A stretch of DNA of 20,864 nucleotides from Catajapyx aquilonaris. Its lineage: Eukaryota. The notes beneath the pieces were generated by a model, which saw only the letters and a program-made list of their open reading frames with translations, did not search any database and was not told the origin of the DNA. The stretch lies in NCBI GenBank assembly GCA_000934665.2, contig JYFJ02001333.1:62001-82864 (forward strand), given 5' to 3'. Position numbers and translations under genes: made by a program. Below are positions 11,084-20,864 of the stretch, in pieces; positions within the stretch are counted from its first letter, which is position 1, and the number at the start of each line of letters is the position of its first letter.

Positions 11084-14000
11084 TTAATCCATTGTGTCCA
11101 TTGTGTCTCTCAACTCCAGTACATGCTTCTGCAGCTCATCACACAGATCTGGTTCGTCCTGCAAGATGGTTGCAGCTTCTTCCAATGCACGGGTAGCTTC
11201 AATCATAACAACCTGTAAAAACACCACCATCATCATCATCATCATCATCATCATAATGGGCAAAACAACAGTCCACCGCAGGTCCACCTTGTATACAGCA
11301 GTAAATTCTGTTTTTTGTCAAGATGTAACAATAAATATCACTGGAACTCACATAAATTAGGATAGTTTTCTAGTTGTCTTGTTACCCATTCTCTTAACGG
11401 GCCGAAAGCGAGGTTTTGGTTTTAAAAAAAGTTTTGTTCTCGCATAGCAGTGTCCGGGTATGTTTACAGACCTGTCGTCTGGCCAGTTGGCGCATCTCAC
11501 GAGTCACTAAAACATTCTGACTCTACATTTGTCTTCTCCCAACAGATTTACGCTTTTAGTGCAGGGAAACAAAACGATTGTGCACCTGTTTCTACGGCAG
11601 TAGGCCTCAGTGGTGCTCTCCTAATGTGATGTCATAAATGAAGCTTAGGGCCTACATGCGGACTAGGCAGTATGAAGTACTTTGGAATTATTACTGGAAC
11701 TACTGCACTGAACCTGAACTGTACAATTTTATGAGCCCAACCTGATTAAGTTCTAAAATATCAATTATACTCTCATATATATACATGTGTTTATTGCAGA
11801 ATGATATAAATATTTCAAACCAAGTCAGAGATATACGTCATTAGTAATTCAGGTCATGCTACTCGAAGTAACTGCCTTCAAAAAAAATCATCACTCTAAA
11901 AAAAGTACGGTTATTGTAGTTTATCAGTCTGATGTGCGTAGTTGAAAAACATGAGAGTAGAGCTGCTGCATGCGTGGTATCCAAGACCTTGCCATAGTTC
12001 CCCAGTATTTTTGTGTTAATTTGATCTATTTATAGTAGTGCTGCAAGGTCTCAAATTTCCACTCACAAGTCAGGGCAGGCATGAAGCCACCTCTGCCATC
12101 AGATTGGACACGCCCGTTTTACAACCGGTAATTCGCAAAACCCGACCTGCCACGGGTGTCATTCATGACGGTCCTCGTCCGCAAAAATAGGAACTCATCT
12201 CCCTTGCTTCCGCCAATTTTGGCAACGACTCAGGGAATCTGCTTGGACCGATTAGATCGAGGGCATGCATTTCTGCCAACTTATGCATTGTTGAGGTACC
12301 ATCAGAAGCAGAAACAAAAAGGAAATGGGGTCGATAACAATTCCGCTGTTACCACGAGCTTCAGACCATTGCGCATTGGGATTAACTATAAGGCTGTAAC
12401 TTCAGGTATTTATCTACCTGGGCTTGCTTATGCAATCTCCGCTTGTCTTGTCTCTTTCCACGCTCTGCCAACGTTGCCTGCAGTGCGAAGAGAAGGATTC
12501 CGCGAAATCTAGACATGTTTGGTTCCACAACGTCAGCTACTGTCAACAGCTCTCGGCACAGACTCTCTCGGCGGTCCAGCAAATCATCAGGAAGATCTGT
12601 CGGTTAATAGTTGTTTCACTTGAAATTGAGAGGAAATAATCACCTTTAATCTCGTACTTACCTGCCAGTGCGTATCCAGGTGCTTTTCCATATAGCTGCA
12701 CAAGGGCCAGCTTAGCCTCTGACATATGCGAGTGCGTTGGGTGCATTGCAGGCTCGTACTTTTCCAGGAAGAATTCCAATGGTAGGGGTCCACTCTTCTT
12801 GGCTTCAGAAGCTGCCCTGCACAACTGTCGTCTCATTTCGTCGTTGCCCCATTCTACCTGTCGTGACGGGATTGTGTGAGAGCACTTGCAGCACTTCCAC
12901 GCCTTCTTCTCCAGAGGTTGTTGGCTGGACATGTTACCGCTGCAACGGGTGCACAGAATGGTGGACGTGTGTGCTCCTAGTTCCTCAGGATCCGAGCATC
13001 GTTCACATTCGCAATCAAAATGCTGGAAGAATTGTAACAAAACTCAACATAACCTTTAAATTGTATATGACAGTTTATTTACCTTTGTTTCCTTCAAGTG
13101 TCGGCGTCTTTCTGCTGTGGGCCACAATGGTTGTGTGTAACTGGTAGTCAGAACAGTGCCTTTTGCGATGTTCTGTGCTGCACGGACCGTCATTGTGACT
13201 CCCATCGGGTTAGTGCCGTCGTCGGGGTTTATGATGCGCCTACAATTTGGGCGACAACTGTGGGCTATTAAGGACGTCTGCAGAAAAAGGGCTCGCAGTT
13301 TGGCCCCTTGACGTCTTAACTCGAAGCCATTTGTGTCCCAGATTCCGCATATGCGAAGACTCAAGTCCTCATCCACATCCACGAGGTTCAAGCGCTTACG
13401 CAGAAAGCCAGAAACATTCACCGACAATGCCTGGAAAATATTTCTGACATAAGCACGATATTATGCATAATTCAGGCCCTACTGTAAAATATTTCACTAA
13501 TGACAAATAATAAATCCGGAATATATTACTCTGTATAAGTCGGTGTTTCTCCATTCCTCCAAGTGATCCTGAAGTTGAAGGAGTGATTCCCAGTCTTTGG
13601 GCCTGCTTTTTCGAAGTGCCAAGCACCGTAGGACAGCCACTGCTGAGTAGGCTGGATGAGACACATCTTCCTTCTGAGGGCCCAACTGCAGCTTAGGTTT
13701 GGTCAGAGCACATTCTCCTAACCGGTGAATCTGCGCATCTTCACATTTAGGGCAGCACATGGTCCAACCACACGCATCGCAAGGGTATGATTCTACTTCA
13801 CCTGCAATAGTGAATTATTTTTGTCAACCCAAATTTTCTTTTGATTTGACAACATTGAAAAGCACGGAGCAACCCTGCTGGAAGTCGTTTCTCTTGATGC
13901 CTGCTGATTGAAAAGTTTCGGGATATTACACACCTTCGTCTATTCCTGGCCTAAGAGGTAGCATGCATCCCAGGCACACGGGTGCCCCTGTAGCCTTCGG

Positions 14001-16743
14001 AGCCACCACAAGAGGTGCCTCTCGAAGGAGGATGTCTCCAGCACGGATGTTTCGGACAGACACCAAGTGGCGTCCCAGCTGCTCCGATGTTGCTATCTGT
14101 GCCATGCAATCATATAGAGATAGAATTAAATTTCACACATGTATTTACTCACTGTCAGATTATTGTTATGTAAATGCCAATTTCAAACAACAGCTTGAGG
14201 GTAATGCCCTCGACTGCAAGTCAGCAATTGCGTGTTCATGAGCTGTTATTATAGACTCAATATTGTGCGATACTATTATGTTAGGTCATAAGTCACACCA
14301 TTGTACACTGCAAGAAACCATTATGCTGCACTTCAACTACGTATATTGTGTGGTGAAACGTGAAAGAAAGAAGTGACTTTTAAAAATGTTTGATTTGTCA
14401 TTATAAATTATATCACACAAGCATCATTAAGAAAATCATAAAGCCTAATGTAAATGGTAAATTTTAGAACTGTTTTTACGGACAATATGCCGAGCGGAGC
14501 AATACATTTTCAACAACTGAGAGTGTGTGTTTTTTTTTCTCCCTCCACTCCAATTTTAAACACGTGGAGCATTTTTAGATCTTCGGCCTATGTAGGCTAT
14601 GCAAGGGCGTCGTTTCGGTCAGATCGTAAAAATTCTTGGCACCAGTGGCACTCTACAGGATGAATGGATATGAAGTTCTCTAATATGCCTATCGTTGATC
14701 GCTTATTCGTAAAGATTGTTGTGCAACAATGAATGTAATTTAATGGTACAATCAATTATGTCTCTATTTATATGCCTAATAATATTATTTTGCATTAGTC
14801 GTGACAAGTTGTAAGCCTGTTATTTAGCATCTCCTTGAGTGACTAATAATATGACACGAGAGTTTCATGCTTTTCTTTGTCGGTACACGCCCCTTCCGGT
14901 TAGTGAATGAATGCTACGTTACAGTTCTTTGGACACATTCCAAATGTCCACCATAGTGATTCAAATCGCTACGTGGGATAAGACTTTCTCCTTTGGACGG
15001 AATTACAAAGGAAAACTCAAAGAAGGTTTCAGCCGAGGTAGAATCAAGTCAAGAAACTGGTCTACTCTGCGAATGTACAGTACGTGCTACTTCGCATCGG
15101 TTTTCATGAGTAAAAATACTCTCCGTCAATGATAACTTTCGGAGAAACAGAAGTAATGACAATGCAGACACGAAAATTAGCAGTATATATTTGCAGCTCT
15201 AACTTAATTACTCTTATAAACAACATGAAAATCAGGCCTCACCTATAGATCGTTTGCTTTCATAAAACGCAGTATAGATCTCGTTAAACAATCGAAATAG
15301 TCATGTAATTGCTTCGTAACACAGCAGTGCAGCGTTTTTTAATTTGCCGAGAGACTTCATTTCAAGGTTTGTTATTTATAAATAGAAATGGACATCACTA
15401 GACGAGAATAAACGTTTCTCCCAGAAAGTGTGACATAGGCTCTATTGGTTTTCTGTAAAGTTTAACATGCAAACCACGGGCGTCATTACCCAAAGACTTG
15501 TCATTTGCAGTACACAGTGAAATATTGTTATGTACACCATTGCAATCTCATCTCGCAGGCTGTGCACATAAATCATGTGCTGCAAAGTGCAACACACAAA
15601 GCTCCAAGTTACATAAATAGACTCCTATTTATTTTCCTCTTCGACATAGTACATTTAGCTGGAGGAGAGCCAAGGCAACTTGCAGCTTCCCATATGAGCA
15701 GGTGTTAGCGATCTTGTCATTTTAATGAATCATGACTTACCCTGGCCGACAGAAATTCCTTCGCGTCATTACAGTTTCAGTTGCACCCTATAGGCAGCAC
15801 AATACTGTCAATATTGTCAAAATGACGTTTCTCTTTGGAAAGCTTTGGAAGTTAGCAAGGGAAGTGCCCTTTACCGAAGTAGAAAACCGGAAGGATATAT
15901 CACGTTAGAAAAAACCTTGAACACTTTGGGCACTGTTCCGAGAAATCTCACTCGTCCTATAATGTGGAATTCGTATTTATTATTTCTGACAGTGAAAGTC
16001 ACTGCAAACGTATGTTTTTGCGCAGCTTTTGCTGCGTCACTGTAATATTGTATTATAAACGTATTTCAAGAGCCACTCTTAATTAGATTGCATTGCATCA
16101 CTGATATACTGTAATTGGAGGTAACTTACATCTGCAACAAAAATGTACTTATGACCTGTAGAAATTTTATGTATCAACTCGAATATGAAGTCAATGAGTG
16201 AGTAGTGTATCTGCAATATATAATTATGTATATATACAGTCCCTCGTACCATGAAACATTTTCGCACATCTTCCTTCGCCCGATGCCAACCTCAACTTCA
16301 CGCCTTTCCAATCCTGGCAATGGTTATTGGATATCTTTGGCATCGATACCAAGCAACAGCCTTTTAGCACAGCAGCATCTCTATATACCTGTCCTCACGA
16401 CAAAGTCCAATGTCCTTAATAGCATTGTTTATGTTTCATCACACTCTCACATATTAATCTGCTGTCTTCAAGATTAGCCTACATAATTGCTTAATATGTA
16501 AAACTTTTAGTAACTCAGATGCTAATTATACTCTTAGTTGATCTACTTTCTCACCTTCCATGGACAGCAGTGTGATTTATGCTTAGGCCAGTGCTTCTTC
16601 TGGTGTTCTCGACTGCAATAGTAGGTCTGGTGACATGAGGAGCAGGCCTGGGTGGCAGGTCTGGCACAATCTGCACATACGAACTGATTGGCCATTTGGG
16701 CCTTCGATTCCATCTTTACAGCAGTCAAAGTCTGCTGGTCCAT
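11084..16743 (-). CDS. SET and MYND domain protein of the arthropod SmydA / msta-like group (SmydA-8-like), ~546 aa. Predicted exons 16743-16555, 14096-13934, 13801-13530, 13430-13083, 13022-12662, 12596-12418, 11212-11084
   Basis: N-terminal MYND (CADC...CSSCHQTYYCSREHQKKHWPKHKSHC); SET-N (LGRHLVSVRNIRAGDILLREAPL); inserted MYND-like CLGC...CDAC...CCPKC...H...EC; WDTNGF; LIAHSCRPN; VLTTSYTQPL; post-SET FDCECERCSDPEELG; C-terminal helical region. All six introns are GT-AG with matching phases; 1641 nt ending in TAA. Confidence 0.9.
11228..11254. repeat. (CAT)9 microsatellite next to the last SmydA acceptor site
   Basis: Perfect 27-nt run, 13 nt from the AG at 11213-11214; explains the poly-M and poly-I ORFs. 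Confidence 0.95.
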
Positions 16744-17784
16744 TGCAACTGAAGACCGAACTCACTTACGCCCCACGAATACTCGAAATAGCTTTATGAC
16801 ACGTGACGTGCGGGCGTACTTCCCAGTTTTGGCCCACGTCCCGCACCTACAACATCATGGTTTTATTTATGCTTTGATTTATGATGAGTTCGACAGAAAG
16901 AGGGCAACGGACGTGGAATACTTCATTTACGGAACTGCCACTTCGTACCACACTGTTTATTGCTGTATAGCTACCTCCAGAAAGAAATAGGTCGTAAGTG
17001 CAAATATTGTGTGTTTCATAAAATAGGCCTATACAGTAAGCTCATATATCAAAGTGAATGTCTCACATGTCAACTGTATAAGTCATTAGAAGCTCGTGCT
17101 GTTTTTCAACTTTGGGTGTGCTGGTCTTACATAACCGTTGCATATACCCGTATACTGTAGAAGGTTATCCTGCTGTAATGGTCAGAAGCATTGCCAATTT
17201 ATTCCTGCATATGATGTGCTGCTGAACATATGTGTAGAATTACAAAAAGTCAACCTCTTTTCTCCAGAGAAAATGTTGCAAAAAATATTTCGCAGTTGTT
17301 TTCTTTTCTCCAGCCAGGAAAATCCGTGTAACTGGTATAATTATTCAGTATAAAACAGTGGGAAATACGTACCGTGAAGTGAGAATTTCTTATCAATGTA
17401 TTTATTGCGTCAGTTGTCTAAATGATGGATCGTAATGGACAATAAAAAATTGCGGGATGAAAAGATTTTCTATAAAAAACTGAGTGTATTGTGTATGATC
17501 AAGAGCTAATCGTATGATTAAGTTTCATGCAGTGGTTTTTGCTTGTATTGTTGTATTCGTCGGTGAGAATAATTTAGAAGACATAATACGAGACGTAATT
17601 TAATTGGCAAATGCAACTGGAAAATGTCCAGTGGGGGTGTCTTCCCGGAGCTAAACAGGATACAATATCTCATACTCAGTCACGATATGCATGAAACTTT
17701 TTTCTCTCATGAGGTTGCTTGAAGGGAACTCAGATTCTGCACTACCAGAAAACACACAGCTTGTAGTTATATATCTTAGTGTGC

Positions 17785-17850
17785 ATAAACCTATAAAGCA
17801 TAATAATTATGTGGGGACACCCACATAATTATTATGCTTTATACGTTTAT
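17785..17850. repeat. Near-perfect intergenic inverted repeat (31-bp arms, 4-nt loop)
   Basis: ATAAACcTATAAAGCATAATAATTATGTGGG-gaca-CCCACATAATTATTATGCTTTATAcGTTTAT: 30 of 31 positions pair. Confidence 0.92.
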
Positions 17851-18300
17851 AGCATAATTATGTGACAATTCATCCGATATTGGCCTGCTTATACGTTACA
17901 ACGCTCTTCTACTATATTCCTGGAGCTAGATATTTAAAGCTTGACTTTGCAGTGAAGCCAAAGGGCCCAGATCGGTTAGCAATAAATAATTACACAAGGC
18001 CTTTAACCTCGGGGACATAATGGTATTCGGTTCAATTTCTAGATGTGTCAAGTGCTTCAGAAAGATCAGTGTACATTCTTTCCCCTTTATTAAATTCTCC
18101 AATGTGGTAGGTCTAGAAATAGCAGAATATGTAAGGGTTTATCATGATAAGTTATGTAGGCTATTAGTGCAGATAATAATAAGAATTTATAGAATATTTG
18201 TTATTTTATGAGTCTTAGAGGTGAGGTCACGGTGTACTGTAGGTGTCAAGAGTAGGCTACTCATGGACATGACTGATGAGGCTAAGAGGTTTGTTTGTCT

Positions 18301-18336
18301 ATATACAGTATGCCCAGTACCGGGTATACTGTATAT
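18301..18336. repeat. Short inverted repeat (15-bp arms, 6-nt loop), possibly a collapsed Tc1/mariner-type footprint
   Basis: ATATACAGTATGCCC-agtacc-GGGTATACTGTATAT; ends read TA|CAG...CTG|TA. Confidence 0.7.
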
Positions 18337-19048
18337 TGGTGGTGCGTCACTGTTTTGCGTCGCAATTAGCGGCATATCCGTATAATAAGCTATAGGGAGA
18401 GATGATTTTTTAAATAATTATAATGTATTGTAATCTGTACATGACAGCTTGATTTTCAGAAGATTATAGTAATTTATTAACAAAATTGTGTTAGTCATTG
18501 CTGTGTATTGTAGTCCTTTACGAGTACTTCCTGATCGTGAAGAAATCACTTTTCTGCACGTTCATGCAACAATTGTGCAATTCTGTGGGTATAAAAATTC
18601 AACTCTTCTAAAATGAAGCTACTGGTTGGTAAATGTTTTTTGTTCCATAATGGGGCATAAGTAGTTATACAGTAGTAATATGATTATGGCCTTTGAAGTC
18701 CCATTGGATCCCACGAAACAACTTCATGATTGGTACCGTATTCGAAAAAGAGCTCATATTCGGCATTGTGCATACGTTTATCATTTTAACAGTGTTCTGA
18801 AGAATAAGAAGAATAAGAAGCAGGTTATTGGGGATCAATAAATTCTGAAACGTTGAGAAAAGTTGACTTGGGCACTTGCGGTTTTTATTTTATTCCGTTT
18901 AAACTCACTTATATAAAGTTGTAATATAGGAACGTTTTAATATCAGGCATAAGGGTACAAACACTTTTGATAGAGAAAGCGATTAACTAATGATTTACAC
19001 TTTTGATAAAATAATGTACCATGATACTTTGATACAGTAGTGGTGGTT

Positions 19049-20389
19049 TTAAATAACAAAGAGACCAATAAGGATTCCGACACTAATAAATAAGGCCGCC
19101 ATCAGAGAAAGACAGAGTGTTTCTCCGGTAAAGAGGGAAGTGAACACGCTTAAAGACCACACCCCGAATTTTATAATCTTAACATTCAACTCGTTATTAT
19201 AAGGAGGATATCTCAGACGCGACAGGTGTTCATCAAAAGCGCCGATTCCTCTTAAGATGATACTGCGCTGATGAGAGAATGTATGGAACGTGTTGATCCC
19301 TTTATATTTTCCGTATCCACTCGCACCGACACCTCCAAAGGGTAAGTCATACACTAAAAAAGCACAAAGAAAGTGATAGTCACAGCATGTATGCAGTGTC
19401 ATACACTATTTTTACCTAGAAACTGGCCTCCACTGTCGTTAATGACCAACTGTCCAGATGAGGTTTGCGCGCGAAATTTTTTTTGCACTTCAGTTTTGTT
19501 GGAAAACAAGTATATTGCAAGTGGTTTCGGACGACGTTTAATGAAGTCTATGGCTTCATCTGCACTTTTTACCTACAAGAAAAATGTTACAAAAATGACA
19601 ACCAGATTTAAATTACCTTTCAGCTCAGTTTATATATGGATGTTGTTATGACCTGGATGATGGGCAAGAGAGGTCCAAATATTTCCTCTTCCATCAAAGG
19701 GTCATTATCGTCCACATCGAAGATTAGAGTTGGTTCTATCCACCTATCGCAGACATCCATTCTGCCTCCTACCAAAACCCGTCCTTTAGTCGAGTTCAGC
19801 AAATTTTGAAGACGCCTGTTGCATACATGGGAGTGACAATAGAGTGGTGCAATCGAACATTATACAGTGTTCAAACTACGCTTACTTCATGTGCTTGTCG
19901 GTTATAATTCGAGAAAGGTACGGAGAGTCTTGAGGATAGTCTCCGAAAAATTCCTTGATGATCTTGGGTGCATATTTCATAATCTCGTTAGCAATGAGAG
20001 TAGAGCATAAGAGGTAATCGGTAGCAATACAGGTTTGCCCTAAGTTGATACACTTGGCCCATATTATTCGTCGAAGAGATGCTTCCAAGTTTACTGTGTC
20101 ATCTATGTATGCTGGACTGCCAATGTGTGTTGGAAAGAAGTCACGGTATAAGTTTACACATATGTAGGCTATATGTACCGTACAGCATAGAATGCACTCT
20201 GAATATCCTGATTGGGGCTTCTTACCATTTCCCACCAAGTTCCACAGTCACCGGAGTTACATTGAGGCTAGCAGCCTGCAACACTATTTGACCAACTCGT
20301 TTCGAGCCCGTGTAAAATATGTAGTCAAACTTTTGATTGAGCAACTCTGTGGCCTCTGCAGCACCACCTTCCACCACATAGTAGCACTC
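19049..20389 (-). CDS. ALDH3: Class-3 aldehyde dehydrogenase (ALDH3A2/fatty-aldehyde-dehydrogenase-like, C-terminal membrane anchor), 3' part. Predicted exons 20389-20226, 20116-19886, 19815-19653, 19572-19416, 19353-19049; upstream exons lie beyond the window
   Basis: [13 protein letters not shown] (NAD binding), [12 protein letters not shown] (catalytic Glu), [11 protein letters not shown] (catalytic Cys), [40 protein letters not shown] and a hydrophobic tail [22 protein letters not shown]. Phases 2, 2, 0, 1 are consistent. Confidence 0.93.
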
Positions 20390-20864
20390 CTGAAAAGTAC
20401 GTAACATGAAAACGTAATAAATGAATGTAATGAAATGTACTACAGTATGTAATAAAGGCAGCTATCGTAGTGTGCAGCAGAGTGTATATTATACTGTAGT
20501 AACACCCGGATTGCTTCATATACTGTATTTTAAGGGCGATAGCCCTTAAGTAAGACCGTAGCATAGATTTCAACAATGTTTCAACAATGAATTTTTCCTA
20601 CTTGTTGTTCTTCTTCTTCTTGTTACGTTTTTTTTATTCGCCCTAATTCAAGTTCTGCTGTAGGTAGAGCTTCCAAATTTTGAACACAGATCCCCACCGT
20701 CGTGACTTGATTTCCTACCATTTACACTTTCACTTAATTCCTCTTCAAAACGCCGCAAAAAATTTTAAACCACCAAAAAATACGTCTCAATTTTTTTTCT
20801 CAATAACTATTCGGAATACGGTTTCATCGTCAAAGGGCCGAAGATGCAGTGGGATGGTCCGGAT

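Noticed and set aside
12060..12300. CpG-rich block in the last SmydA intron, considered as an ncRNA (Sm-like ATTTTTG) or an alternative last exon (LAEMHALD...GPS*)
   Set aside because: No snRNA, RNase P or MRP signature recognised; acceptor context is poor; the exon at 11212-11084 fits the family better.
16020..16040. CGCAGC-TTTT-GCTGCG hairpin as a Helitron 3' end or terminator
   Set aside because: No downstream CTRR end; only 6 bp; intrinsic terminators do not apply to a eukaryotic intron.
16750..16770. GTAAGT...TTCAG mini-intron-like string just upstream of the SmydA ATG
   Set aside because: About 21 nt is far below the 60-nt minimum intron seen here; more likely an acceptor or Inr-like TCAGTT coincidence.
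18260..18300. CTGATGAG preceded by a TCATG/CATGA stem, suggesting a hammerhead ribozyme
   Set aside because: No stem II followed by the GAAA core, and no stem III.

Overview
Eukaryotic genomic DNA, most likely from an insect or other arthropod (inferred from the SmydA-type SET gene and the insect-style Hakai N-terminus). It is gene-dense with many short (60-270 nt) GT-AG introns. I could splice five protein-coding genes by hand with consistent intron phases: Bloom/RecQ helicase (BLM, minus strand, runs off the left edge); TMEM115 (plus, head-to-head with BLM); Hakai/CBLL1 E3 ligase (minus, tail-to-tail with TMEM115); a SmydA/msta-like SET-MYND protein with an extra N-terminal MYND finger (minus); and the 3' part of a class-3 aldehyde dehydrogenase with a C-terminal membrane anchor (minus, 5' exons beyond the right edge). 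Non-coding regions hold two MITEs, two near-perfect ~66-70 nt hairpins, microsatellites and motifs shared between promoters. I found no prokaryote-type system (CRISPR, operon, phage defence) and no convincing evidence of a new biological system. The best leads are modest: an in-frame, stop-free intron splitting Hakai's zinc finger; a SUMO-interaction-like motif formed across BLM's first splice junction; the hairpins; a shared promoter motif pair; and a CpG-depletion contrast between the two halves. All exon models are by-eye predictions without RNA evidence.
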